DNA of 63,330 nucleotides, the filler included, from Folioceros fuciformis (lineage: Eukaryota), in the NCBI GenBank assembly GCA_049999805.1. It is 5 parts of 5 records of this genome, joined end to end, with 100 filler letters (N's around TTAATTAATTAA, not from the genome) between each part and the next. Parts side by side here need not be neighbours in the genome. Positions count along the whole stretch, not along the records: positions 1 to 17,357 come from JBNGIO010001490.1; positions 17,458 to 32,754 come from JBNGIO010001492.1; 3 more parts are not named here. One strand, 5' to 3'. A program made the translations under genes and the position numbers. The stretch's first letter is position 1. Every line of letters begins with the position of its first letter. Of this stretch, positions 11,631 to 24,200 are shown piece by piece. The notes under the pieces are model-generated. The model saw only the letters and a program-made list of their open reading frames with translations. It had not been told where the DNA came from and ran no database searches.

Positions 11631-11699
11631 TTTCGTGCCGTGTTGAGACAGCCTGTCGATTATCGTGAGCCCTTGAGGCTCACCCGGAGCATCAGATGA

Positions 11700-12600
11700 G
11701 CCTGCTCGAAGGATCTTCCGGGTGCACCCTTCATCCTGTAACAGAAGAGTTCCTGGGGAGGTGCCAACGAGGGTGCCAAATTGGAATGAGACCAAGGCCG
11801 ACAGGCACTCTGTTCGACGCCAGGTCCTTGGGCACGTGGGAGCAAAACAAAGATGTATACATATACAAGGACTGTATGGCAGCTCCTCGAGTTTGTTGCC
11901 GCTGCAGAAGGTCGCCTAACATTTTGAACTCCACTGGGAGATCGTGCAATGGAGTGAACCCACACTCATGCACCCAACGGGCACTGTAGCGAGCACTTGC
12001 TGTTAGCCGAATAAGGTCAGCGTTTGTGCCACACTGAAAACACAGGAGGAAACTAAGGGTCATGTTGGGAACCACATTCCTTTCCGCCATGACTGTCCGC
12101 AAGCTGTTATTCCTCTCAACGTCACTCCCACTTTCGCACACGTCTTGGCTCTGCAAGAATGTCCCTGCCTCACCACATGGAGGGACAGAGAAAGCCTCAT
12201 TGCCAGGGATGATGTCAGATGCCCACAGGCACCGGCTGGGGGCCCTTCTTCTCTAACCGCATGCTAGCAGGAGACAAGAAAAGATGCCGTCATCATGTAT
12301 AACAAGCTGCGTCGTCTGGATGTACAAGATTTCCTTTCTCACATCATTGCGCGCAACGTAGCCATTGAGTCTAGCACACGTCGTGGGTGTCATATCCATC
12401 TCCGGTACCTATATGCAGACCTTGTCCTCTAACATCTGCGCCTACAATGAGGCTTCCTCGTGCATTCCTCTCTCGAGCATGTGCTCCAATCAAAGACACA
12501 TGGTCAAATCAAGACATTCTCCAGGACACCAGTTACATACCTTGGTCGGCCCACTTTGAGTTTTGTGTACATTTGCGTCCAGGTGCACGAGGCCACGCTT
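11700..12600 (-). pseudogene. Decayed PLS-PPR gene fragment, tail-to-tail with the intact PPR gene
   Basis: Minus-strand fragments in shifting frames: HDDGIFSCLLLACG* (~12255-12300; compare DDAIFTSLLVACSH in the neighbour) and MAERNVVPNMTLSFLLCFQCGT...RWVH. Frameshifts and stops present. Confidence 0.6.
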
Positions 12601-13699
12601 GCCCAGCACAGTAGCCTCAAGCTTGCCTTCCACACCAAGCTCTCAAGCTTGCCTTTTGGACACTAGGCTCACCTAAGACACTTGACAAGTAAATCTTGAC
12701 ATACCCAAGGCTTGTGCGCACAAGCACTTATTATGGCTCCCATGCCGGGAATGACATATCATTTTTTATTTTATATATATTAATTAACTATTCAACTAAT
12801 CATCAAAATGAAGGCTAATACTATGATTTAATTTGCTCTATGTGATCTGCAATAACTTTTTGCATGCATTTGTGTTTCATATCTCGTTGTTCTATAACCT
12901 AGATTTTATATTTAAAATAATATATATGTAATAAATAGTCATTAATATAGAAAAGTTTAATTTGTAACCCAAATCCTGAATGAAAGCAAAGTAGTGTACG
13001 ATGTGAAACAAGAGTTAACAAGGAACAGCTTTATAAGTCTCCAAATTATACAAGATATATGTATGGAAGACTATAGACAGAGAAAAGTTGTTCCATATAT
13101 TATGACTTCAATATCAAGTATAATGTCGTGCAGGCTTGATGAACATCTTGTCAAGACTTCACACTTTGGCCCTTGGACAACATGAAGATGACAACAACAA
13201 CTAAACAACTAGACGATGCCTCAAGTGTTGTTACTGAAGGACAATTATGACATTGCTTGTTCAATGTAAACTTCTAGCAAGAGTTAGGCACCACAAGTGG
13301 AGGGACAAGGGCTACCCAAGCAAGTAGGTGACCAGCAATTGAGGACACATCTACCACCGCAAACAAAGTGGGCAGTGATTGAGTATATCTCAGACAAAAT
13401 AGATGTACTTGAGCAATCAAGTGGGGTAGCAACAACTATTTTGTACGATTCTCTATGACAACCTACTATTATAGAGGAAGTGATGTGGCTAGTTGCCTAA
13501 ATATCAAGATACTGACGAAGAAGTACATGCCATACTTGGTCATGCCATTAAGAAGATTTGCCAATGACAATAATAGAGGATTCCCAAGGACTAGCTACCA
13601 CCATGAGAGACTTGAAGTAAGTAGTGCTAGTACTCTTAGACCACGTAGAACTATTCCATTGGAGGACAATAGTAGAGCCCATAGGACTATATACCGCCA

Positions 13700-15525
13700 T
13701 AATTGAAGCGAAGCGAGTAGCATGAGTAATCTAGGACAACGTAGAAGTACTTAAGCAAGCAAGTGAGTCATAAACCAAAGAGGATTCCTTTGAACTATCT
13801 ACTCCCACAAGGGAATTCCCTTATCGAAGCAGATAGTCAAATAGTCCTAAGTATTACTTTGAAGTGAGGTGGGTAGTACAAGTAATCATGGACAATTCAG
13901 AAGTACCCTAGCTAGCAAGTGAGTCATCAACCAAAGAGGAATCTCCAAGGACTATCTACTCCCACAAGCTTAGAGAAGTGAGGTGGGTAGTACTAGTACT
14001 CCAGCTAGTGGGTGAGTCATTGACCAAACATGAATCTCGTGGAACTCTTAGCAATTATACGGCAAGTGTTTTGCGATGAGCACGAGACCTGGAAGAGACT
14101 CACCACAGCAGAGATAGCCCAAGAGTGTTCATTTTAGGGTAAGAATTCGATTATGTTCAAAATTGAGTGTATGTGATGTTTCGTGAGTAGGTAGACTAAC
14201 TATGTTGAGGGTTACAGCTGTTGGGCTCCATAACAAGGACTATCTACTCCCACAAGGGAATCCAAGTGGTAGTGCAAAGTACCCTAGCCAGCAAGTGAAT
14301 CATTGACCATGTAGGATTCCCTAAGACTATCTACTCCCATAAAGAAAGTGAGGTGGGTAGTGCTAGAAATCAAGGAGTTCAAAAGTACTCGAGCCAGCAA
14401 GTGAGTCATAGCCAATAGAGGATTTCTTAGGACTATCTACTACCATACGGGAAGTGGAGTCGATAGAGGAGTCATGAGGACTATGTACTACCATGTGGGA
14501 AGTGAAGTGCGTAGAGGATTCCCTAGGACTATCTATTACCATGAAGAAAGTGAAATGGGCTAAGGATTCCTTAGGACTATCTACTACCATAAAAGAAGTG
14601 AAGTGCATATTACCAATAATTTTGGATAGCTGAGAAGTATTTGAGCAAGCAAGTGAGTTACTTACAATATAGGATTCCTTATGACTTTTTATCACCAATA
14701 GGAAAGAAAGGTAGGTAGTGTTAGTAACCTTGGACAATTCAAAAGTACATGAGAAATCAAGCGAGTCATCAACAATAGAAGCACTACTATGTAGCATTAC
14801 CTAAACAAGCAAGCAAACCAACCATAATGGAGGGTTCTCTAAGGACCATCTACCACCATTATGAGAGTTTAAGTAGGAAGTGCCGGTAATCCAGGACAAT
14901 GTAGAAGTGCTTGAGGAATAAGGTGAGCCATCTACTGCAATAGAGGATTCACAAGAACTATCTAATAAGGGAAAAAAGGAAGTCAAGGGAGTACCTTGTG
15001 CAAATCGGAAATGAAGTACAATCAGCTAATTATTGCCATAAGGCAAGTGGAGTGGGCTAGGACTATCTACCACCATAAGGCAAGTGAAGTGGACAATTTC
15101 ACGGATGTAGTACTTGAGCCATAGCAGGTGAGTGAATTGGGTATAGGACAAAGGAAAAGTACTTAAGCGAGTGCGTGAGCTAGACACAAAAGAAGATTCC
15201 CTAGGACTATCCACCGCTGTAAGGCAAGTGAAAGGGGCAATCCTACTAATACAAGGCTTAAGCAAGTTGGTGAGCCAACTACAATAGACGATTCGCAAGG
15301 ACTATCCGCCACCACAAAGGAAGCGAAGTGAGTTGTGCTAGTAATGTCAGACAAAGTATAAGTACTAAAGCAAGTAGGTGAAGCAAACACAATGGAAAGT
15401 TCCCAAGGACTATCTACCAACATAATAGGTAGTGCTAATAATCTTTGACAATGTAGATAAAGTACTTAAAGAAGTAGGTAAGCCAGAGATAATGAAGGAT
15501 TGCTTAAGACTATCTACCAAAGTGC
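13700..15525. repeat. Degenerate satellite-like tandem array (~110-125 bp unit with shorter internal subunits)
   Basis: Repeated GGATTCCCTAGGACTATCTACT/CACCA...GAAGTGA.GTGGGTAGT...GGACAAT..AGAAGTACTT.AGCAAGCAAGTGAGTCAT blocks, more than 12 copies of the core. Confidence 0.85.
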
Positions 15526-16115
15526 ATATTGAAGTGGTAATAGAATTGTATAGTAATAATAGTCCAAGATAATTTGAGAATTCTTAATAAATATATTAAA
15601 TAGTAAAATTATATGGTAATAATTTTAAGAATTCATGATGCATCATTCTACTACTATCTATCACTACAAGGAAGTGAGTAGTCATTCGAAGATTCTAGAA
15701 TCCCCCATAACTCTTTATTTACTACAACTACTATATACTTGTTATTTGCTTGCTTGTTTGCTTTCTTCCTTATATGTAACCTTATTAATCCAAGATTCCT
15801 ATACAGTTATCCATAGACTCTCCTCGCTAGGTAGGTGAGTAGCCCACAATAGTGCAATCTTGATAAGAGACAAGCTTGACAAGCTTCTGGGTGAGTGGGC
15901 ACAATCTCAACTCCTATCATGAAGAAAGTGGGTGGGTGACATAGAGGACACCTCCAACTTGTCTTGGATGGAAAGCAAACATGAGGTTACCAGGCTTGGA
16001 TAAATAACTTGACGCTAAACTACTGCAGAAGAGAGGACGCTGGCGTTTAGGTTGGAGGGAGGTATGTGACTGATGGTTGTATCCCTCATAATGCAGCAGA
16101 GGAGAGATCAACGAT

Positions 16116-16148
16116 GGGCTGGGCTGGGCTGGGCTGGGCTGGGCTGGG
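16116..16148. repeat. (GGGCT)n microsatellite, about 6 copies
   Basis: Direct reading. Confidence 0.9.
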
Positions 16149-17357
16149 TAAGGGTAAGGCCCGGTAAGGGTAGCTTGACGAAGCTCATGGAAGACGGCTA
16201 TGGAAGAGGCTTGCGTGTAGAGTACTTAAGGCGTTTAGAGAAGGTGTGGGCGGTGGCTTTGCCATGCACAGACCCACCGGACGTGGGACAAAAGAAGCAG
16301 CATGGAAGTGCGGGTCCGTGCACTGTGCACGGCGCACAAGCAGCCAGGTTCTGGCCGCAAAAGCCCTCCTGGTGTCACAGTGGCTGTTCCGGTTGGATAT
16401 GAGAATATCCATGTCTTGAGGCAGACAAGCTGCCGTCACTTCGGCCTGCACTGGTGGCACTGGCTCAGAGAGGATACGTATGTACAGCCCATTTATTGTA
16501 GTCGTGGATGTACGTACAAACTGGTATCCGGTGGGGTCACGGTCGAGAAGAATTGGGAAGGAAGGCGCGTCCGGAGTGTGGAGTATGGATTCTGGACCTG
16601 AGAGCGGTGGGAGTGGACGGGACGCCAACTGGGGCACCTGCTCCCTGTTGCTCCAGCTGGGCCGCCAGTCATTCACACAGGCTGTATTGGGCCTCCTGAC
16701 ACCGGGATCAGCCTGACTTCTGCGGCTGCCATAATCACATTATTTTAAGTATTCTACCTGACCCTGGTTAAACGGCTCCCCACTGGGACGGCGCTTCGCT
16801 GCTGCGTTAGATTTGCGCGCTCATAATGGATGCAGCCAAGGCCCCGGTAACTGGCGTGTGGGAAGGCGGGCAAGGTGGTAGTGACCGTTGCCTTCCCCCT
16901 GGCAGACCAGTGACCGTTGTTTCACCCCGGGTCTGCAGCCTGGCCTTAAAACACCCGACTGTGAACCGCCTCGCTACATTCCTCTCCTCCTTCCTTTCCT
17001 TCATCTTCACTTCTCTTCCTCCTCCTCCTACTGCACAATTCGCTCACGATCCTTTCCCTTCTCTTCCGCACGCCAGCCAGCACACGCAGTCACTCGCCTT
17101 CGACGCGGCTTCTCCACCTCACTGAATTGTGCTCATCATGGGAACTTAAACCCTGGCCGGGCCCTTCCTCAAATCGTCCACGCCTGACGTGAATCTCGCT
17201 TGCAATCGCGTCCGCCGGGGGGCCAGGGAATTGCTTCCAGGTTAGTTCGCCAGCTGTGGCAGTCGTGCGGGAAATGCAAGCTCCAAGTTTTGGCTCTCGG
17301 GGCATCGCTGGTGGAGGTCTCTCGTGTTGTGGGCACTGACGGGGGCTGTAATTATAG

Positions 17358-17457
17358 NNNNNNNNNNNNNNNNNNNNNNNNNNNNNNNNNNNNNNNNNNN
17401 NTTAATTAATTAANNNNNNNNNNNNNNNNNNNNNNNNNNNNNNNNNNNNNNNNNNNN
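17358..17457. other. Artificial contig linker (44 N + TTAATTAATTAA + 44 N)
   Basis: Identical structure at four positions; the 12-mer has stop codons in all six frames. Confidence 0.97.
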
Positions 17458-18039
17458 ATCCCTCCCCCGTCGCGCTTTCCTTGGATTCCTTGCCTTCTTC
17501 CCCCGGCTTGGTGTGCACCGGGCGCAGCCGCAGACTGCTCCCTCCGGCCTCCATTCCTATTTCCCCCAGGCCCGCTCCTTCCCCTTCCTCCTTCTCCTCA
17601 GATTTCCCCCTACTCCTCCTCCTCCTTACCCTCAGCTTTCCTCCCGCTCCTCGTAGGACGAAATGTGCGCCGGATGGATACAAATTGCCGCCTCCCCGGC
17701 TGGCATCCCGGAGCTATGTGCTTACCAAACCTGGCCGTCTTTGAGTGGTATTCGCTAGCACCTTCCTTGTCTCTCCTCTCAGTTGACTGGATATTCAATC
17801 GCGACTCGTTGCACGATTCACTGCGCGCTGACACAATGTACATAAAATATATACATACAGAACTGTACATCCTCGTGCGCGACGTACAGTACCTATCTCT
17901 CTTGATACCCGTATAACTGCGCTCCCTTTTCTGTGTCGCACTCAAAAACTTTGCGAGTGACTTTTCTTGCCGTGTTTCTTCACGATCCACTTCCCAATTC
18001 AAAGTGGTTTATCCCTCTAATAAATTATAGAGTAAGCCT

Positions 18040-18290
18040 TCGGCCAATGTAGTTTTTAGAATAACAATAAGTGCTGGTCATGAGAAATAGCAACAAGTGC
18101 ATGTCATTAGTTTATGTAATTTTTAAAATAGCAACAAGTGCAGGTCATTGGCATAGAGTAGCAACAAGTGCAGGTCATTGGCCTATGCAGTTTTTAGAAC
18201 TGCAACAAGCATGTCATTGGCCTATACAGTTTTTAGAATAGTAACAAGCATGTCATTGGCCTATATAATTTTTAGAATAGCAACAAGCGT
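18040..18290. repeat. Tandem repeat, ~30-40 bp unit, about 7 copies
   Basis: TAGCAACAAG(TG)CAGGTCATTGGCCTAT.CAGTTTTTAGAA repeated. Confidence 0.9.
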
Positions 18291-18668
18291 AGATCAAGGA
18301 TTTAGGATTAAGCTTTTCGTTATTCCATGATATTTTGGGAGCCATAGGTATTTTTTGAGAATGATATTTTAAAAGGTTAGTATCCCTTGTTTTTGAAAAT
18401 GATATTCTAAGACACTAATTTCTTTTTTGACTTGCTTGGATTGTTCTCCAATCTTTTTGGAGTAGATGAGACTTTTCATCTCTTTTTTAATAATAATAAA
18501 TATTTTTATTCCTAGCCTATGGCTATACATGAACTTCAATGTTGGAGTAGATGGACTTTCTATTTTTTTCAATAATAAAAAATACTTTTATTCCTAATCC
18601 ATGGCTGGATGTTGAATAGTCCAATGATATATGTAGGTTCTGATCTTTACAAATTGAGGGCAGAGAAA

Positions 18669-19650
18669 CTATAGTTTAGTAAAGACCAGGTGACGACCAC
18701 CGCCCTGGAGTTGGATGGAAAGATTTGATCTCTTCTCTTCACTCCACTTCCCCTTCAGGCCTTCGGGGCGGGACACGCTCCACCGGATTGAGTCATCGTT
18801 GGTGGCTGACCATCCAGTACTACAGCGGCTCATGGACGTGGAGCTGCTTGCTTTGTGTAGGACAAGACTTAGTGCAGCGACACATCTATCCGCCCTCGCA
18901 GCCACGTGGGCTCCCTGTTGAGCTTACACTTCCATAACTCGAGCTGCGAGACACTGTTGACGTCAAACTCCCTGTCCTCCCATGTTACGTGTTCATGTCC
19001 ACCTTCACATCGTCCAGCTCTTGAGCAATGGATCACGATTCAGAATCTGCATCCGTCGATATTGACTGACACCGATGGGCTGTCCCGCGTGGTGGGGACG
19101 AGGGAGCAAGGTTGGAGTCACATGACGTTCAAGCTTGGGGTGTCTGCATTGCAGTGAAGGCTCTACACACGAGTAGATAAACCCGGACGGATCACACATG
19201 AGGTCGTAAACGGGTCCGGGCATGCCTTGGTCTTGGAGTTCCATCAGTCTTTCGGGGTACTCGAAGCTCCCCTCGAGCCTTCGATTCCGAATTGGAGAGC
19301 CCAGATAACAGCAATGGAGACCCCGGTGAAAGGTAGTGCCCCACGGAAGTCCGAGTTGGGCCAGATGCAGCCCTGGAAATGTTAGTTGCATCACTTGTAA
19401 GCTTTACCTGCGCCAGCGGATGTGCTGCAACGCAGGCGATGCAGGCAGTTTTTAAGTGCGCGTCGTGATTGGGGAAAAACTTGTTTCATAGAAGGGTGAG
19501 TTCAAGTAACGTGCGTGAGCTCCTCCTGTGTAGGTCTGGCAACTGCCGAGGTCAGACACACCAGCCAGGGCCTGGATCAGTGTCGACCACACTCGCCCTG
19601 GACAGATGTCTCTCTAGCACCTGTTTTAGTAGGTAGCTGCTATATCAGAT
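18669..19650 (-). pseudogene. Possible decayed F-box gene
   Basis: GC-rich island; minus-strand fragment QLPTKTGARETSV...WSTLIQ (~19650-19570, across a frameshift) resembles the F-box consensus RLPVKSL.RF..V.K.W..LI; the remainder is broken into short ORFs. Confidence 0.3.
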
Positions 19651-20116
19651 GGGACGATAGACATTTTCAAATCGTGCCCTTGAACGAAGAAGGCACAGAA
19701 GACTGTATAGTGACGGCGTCATGAGGACGACTGAACGGTGGTTGCAGTCTCCACACCGTACGCCAAACATACCTAGAGTCTTCGTCTTGATCTTAAAAGT
19801 GCTGTTTTTGTTTTTCAACATATATCAAATAAAAACTGCACAAAAACTGGTCCAATTTTCTGCACGGAATTTTTAAAAAACAAACCTTAGACGTATTTTA
19901 TTCGAAAAAAAAATTGATTACATTTTAAAATAATATCTTTCAATTATATTTTTCCTACTCACCGGAGCGTAGAAGCCCGCGCTAGTCAATGGCATATCAT
20001 ATCAAACAATAAATATCTACATCTAAATTAAATGTTGGATACATGCAACTAACGTTTTATTGGACAACACTCAAGTGCAAGGTTGACAAGCTTGTTTAAA
20101 CAGCCACCCAATAGTA

Positions 20117-21166
20117 TTAGGGCACATACATGACCATGTGATTGGTGATGTGGGCTTTACAAAAGTCACAACAATATGAGGTGATGCCCACCTTGTTTTC
20201 TTCTACACAAGAGCTGCAATACAAACTATGTAAGCAAGGAAGGAAGATCGTGTCCCTTGCTTGCACCATGCAACACAAGCACATACTTTTCTTTAGTTCT
20301 TCTTCTACGTCGCTTTGTAGCTTGAACATTGTACTAGCTCCAAGCCGAAGTTGTGAGACCTTTTCTTCTACCATATTCTTCTCATCTCTAAGTTTTAAGA
20401 GGTCCTCTACTTGTTCATAGATCATTACAACTCTACCCATGAGCATATCCTCAAGAGTTCTTTCCAATCTTCTTTTTTTCTGCTCCAATGTCCGCAACCT
20501 TTCACATAATAGTGTTGTCTCGTTGCTCTGCAAGTCCATGTCCTCTTCCCCAAGTGCTTCCCCAAGTGCTTGGTAGAAGTCACGCTTTCTGCGCTCTCTA
20601 CGAATGTCCTGAATCTCTTTAACGGCTTGCTTCTCCCTTGAAGTAGTTTTTTGTTCTATTATGTTGTTTGTATCAATATTGTTAAACCTTAAAGTTCCAT
20701 TTTTCCTTTGTAAAATTCTTTTTTTCTCCACAAGTTTTTTAAAGAGCTCTTCATCAGGGAGGATCACATTCTTAGACACATGCACTTCTCTCCTATTTTC
20801 TTCACGCTCTATACACTCATTGTGAATAATTACAAGTGTGTCCTTTTGCTCCTTCAATGTGGCCTTTGCCAACATAAATGCACTCAACAGCTTTTGCTGC
20901 TTAGCACCTGGCATTTTGGTCATTGTCCTCTCCCTTTCTCGTATCACCATGTCTACCACCTTGGTCTCCCAATCTTGCACAATGTTTTCTTGCTCCTCTA
21001 GCTTATCTTGTAGGATGTTGTCAGACAACATCTTTAGGTTCGCAATTAGCAAGCTAACCTCCCTATGCTTCTTGTTTGCCATTGATGAGGCAATTACCAT
21101 ATTGATGGAACAACCAAGTACTAGACCTAGACAGGGGCTGGTTATAAGGTAGGCGCTAGACAACAA
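20117..21166 (-). CDS. Intronless coiled-coil protein with C-terminal C3HC4 RING finger (IAP/BOI-like RING); putative E3 ligase
   Basis: E/K/R-rich heptads, then CLCCMVQARDTIFLPCLHSLYCSSC...CDFCK. True ATG probably ~21082-21103. Confidence 0.75.
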   Translation of the reverse strand: MLSSAYLITSPCLGLVLGCSINMVIASSMANKKHREVSLLIANLKMLSDNILQDKLEEQENIVQDWETKVVDMVIRERERTMTKMPGAKQQKLLSAFMLAKATLKEQKDTLVIIHNECIEREENRREVHVSKNVILPDEELFKKLVEKKRILQRKNGTLRFNNIDTNNIIEQKTTSREKQAVKEIQDIRRERRKRDFYQALGEALGEEDMDLQSNETTLLCERLRTLEQKKRRLERTLEDMLMGRVVMIYEQVEDLLKLRDEKNMVEEKVSQLRLGASTMFKLQSDVEEELKKSMCLCCMVQARDTIFLPCLHSLYCSSCVEENKVGITSYCCDFCKAHITNHMVMYVP

Positions 21167-21299
21167 GGTGGATACAAGGGAGGCTGGAGTAGCTTAATGC
21201 AAATGGTTAAGATAGAATTGATAGAAGGTAAAGAAAGCTATATTAATTTGAAGGCAATCTATGCATATATAGCATGAAGCTCCATGCATTCTCGATATT

Positions 21300-24200
21300 G
21301 GTAAGTGTGGGAGAAAATATTGCACCCGGGGGTGCTGCGAGTTCCACACAAACCCTCTTTGTCGTTATAGCATTGGGATTCGATCCCAAGGGAATGATTT
21401 GTGCCAAGTAACACAGGTTTCTTCTAAAAGTTAGTTACTACCTAGGTCAGCCTTCCGCTCACCTACCACTCATTCGATCACCTCAACCTCATCACGACTC
21501 GACTACTACCATCGCCCCCTCAACTACCTTAATCTTGGGCTACTCGACGGCCTACTCGGTCACCGAGGTACGTACCTACGTCCCCTGACTACTTCCATTG
21601 CCCCTTCCACGATGATCGCCCACCCGGCTACCCCAGTGGGGTCCACTCTCTCTCTCTTCACCCCCTCTCTCTCTACTCTCTCTCTCTCATTCACCCCGCA
21701 ACTTAATTTTCCGACTTATGCCTTCTAACAGGCGGGACCCGCTTCAATCCTCCCTCTCCCTTTCGCGATCACTCCTCTCACACAGCTCACACCTTCACTC
21801 TCATTCACCCCTAGCCTAGCGCGCGTCTTCCTCCACCTGTGCCTTATCCTCGCTCAAGGCCCGCTGCTTCTCTTCCAAGAGCCATCGTGCCGTCTCAGAC
21901 TCCGCCAGCTTCCTCCAGGCTTCAGCCTCCTTCCCTCTCGCCATTGCCTCCTTGCTCCGGGCCTCAGCCTCCCTTTTCGCCTACATGCTCAACCAGGTCA
22001 ACGCCTTAGCCGCATGGTCCAGCAAGTCGGCTTGTGCCTGTACCATAGTTGAGGTTAGTCCCGGCAGATCCACCTTCTATGACTCCCCAGGGGCCATCCC
22101 CCTCTTGGTTATCTGCCTCCCCAACAGTGCTCGTAACTTTTCCAGCTCCCTTGCCTGCAGCTTGTCCACCTGCGGGATTCTTCTAAAAACATTTTTCCAT
22201 TCTGGAAAGGTTTCCTGCTCCGGAACGTGCCCTAATTCCCTTATACCCTCAGGAGGGACCACTTCCATTTCTGGCACCTGCCCTTTCTAGTTCTTCCTCG
22301 TTCTGGTCTTGTTCCATTGGTTCTTGAGCAGCTCCCTGCTCTTGCTCAGCCTGCTCTGGGGCTGCCTCTTGTGGCGTCGACCCGCTTCCTTTCTTGACAA
22401 TCTGGCCGCTGGCCCGCCTTCGCTTGGCGAGAGCCTTTTTCCCTGACCCTGCCTTCCGCTTCTGCCTAGTAGGGGTCCCCTCCTCCGAACTATCCGAACT
22501 ACCCGACTCCCAGCTGCTGGAGTCGGCTCCTACTGGTTCAGCGGGCTTCCACTTCACGTCCCTTATCGGTCTCCACATGTACAGTGAGGCGAGCACCTCC
22601 AGCTCAGACATGAGGTTAGCATAGCAGTAGATATGAATTATAAAGGGAGAAATCATCGAAGGCCAGGGAGAGGACAGAGTTAGATTCTGCCTCTCCTCAT
22701 CCATCCTGGCGTATAGGATTTTCTCCCAGTCCAGCTTGCTCCCCTTGACTACCTCGTGCACAAGCAGGAGCATCTGGTCGGACAGATCATCCTGCTTGCG
22801 AACCTGCAGGAAACACAGGAACCACCTGGCCAGACGATGGGCTGAGGGTTGGCCATGTCGCGAAACAGCCACCCATTGGCTTCCTTCTTGGTGCCTGGTT
22901 TGAGTAGCCTCTCGGCCTCCGCTGTGCCACCTCGTCTCTCCAGGGACTCTAGCACTAGTCCTCCCTCCTCCTGCTGATCGTGGCCAAACACCCGCCTTAC
23001 CAACTCCAAGTTCCACTCCTAGGGTCTGCCTCGGATTCCCTCTTCTCGGACGGGCTCTAGGGTGAGAAAGTGAAACTCTTGTGGAGCCGTCTAGCTATTA
23101 TTTTTTACTTTCACGAAATCGAGCTCCCTCTCGGCTTTTCCGAGGTTTCGTAAAACTCGCGTTCCCACCTTTACCTTATGCAATCGACCACTTAGGGATC
23201 TTTCTGGTCCTCTTGTGACGAGAGGACAACATGCTAAATCAGGCCTTCATCGATCGGATGACTCCAACTCACATGGCACAAATCCAACACACGGAAGCTC
23301 ACACCTAAATTGTCTACACAGAGAGACGCGACAATGTCTCTTCTACATCCGGCCTTAAGGCACCATTATTGCCGCAACCTTCCAGAGTCTTAAGAAATGA
23401 TTATACCATCTTGGCACGCTTCTAAAGTCAGCTATCCTTGGTTCAAAATTGATAAGCTTGTTATCTTTTAATAAAAAAAAAATCTTGACCTAATATGCCT
23501 CCTAGACTAGTGTGCCCGTCTCCGCTGTGGTTGTCTAGGTCTTCGGTCCCTTGGCATGCCCTTTGCTCTCCTGCCCCGCCGTTGAATCGGCAAATCTTCC
23601 CATAATACCTCCACTTCACTCCCACTGTCCACCACTCTTTCTCTCCTCCTAGGGGCTTCCTCTCGCTCTTCATCATTGGACAGCCACACTATGTGGTCTT
23701 CTACCCAAGTTTGCACCTACTCCTGTGTCATCTCCTCCAACCTTACCTGTGAAGGGTACGCCCCAAAACCTATTCTCAAGAACCACTGATAACACTGAGT
23801 GGCTATTAAGATGTGCAGCCAGCAGTTCCTGCCCCCTCTTGTTCCAACCACCACATACAAATTTAGAGCGAGCACCCACTCACCATGCAACTAGAAGCCA
23901 AGGACATGAGTATCCTCATCCCTACGTCGCAGCATAATATGGCCCTCTACTAAAGAGATCCTTACCCTCTCCCCCTGTTGACAGTCCTTAGGTGGCTGCC
24001 TCATGCATTCCAAGGAGGTTGCATGCTCCCCTTCCATGGTTCCAATGGTGGCCGGTTCCACTACTCTAGTCCCTCCTTCCACTACGGTGGCTGGTTCATC
24101 CACCCTGTTTCTTGTTTTTGCAATTGTGGCTTATTCTACCACGGTTGTTGCTTCGGCCACCGTGGTGGCTGAACCCTTCTCCTTCTTTGGTCTCCCTACC

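Noticed and set aside
16073-16720. GC-rich overlapping ORFs with faint F-box-associated-like words (YKLVSGG)
   Set aside because: No F-box motif or consistent frame; too weak to call.
17358-17457. TTAATTAATTAA palindrome flanked by Ns, recurring four times, as a biological motif
   Set aside because: The fixed 100-bp format with six-frame stops is an assembly or concatenation spacer. It also invalidates any gene-cluster argument across contigs.
19955-19990. Possible Helitron 3' end (GC-rich stretch followed by CTAGT)
   Set aside because: Hairpin pairing is weak and no 5' end or Rep/helicase remnant was identified.
21370-21395. TTGGGATTCGATCCCAA hairpin resembling a tRNA T-arm or B box
   Set aside because: No cloverleaf or A box around it; more likely part of a retroelement or SINE remnant.
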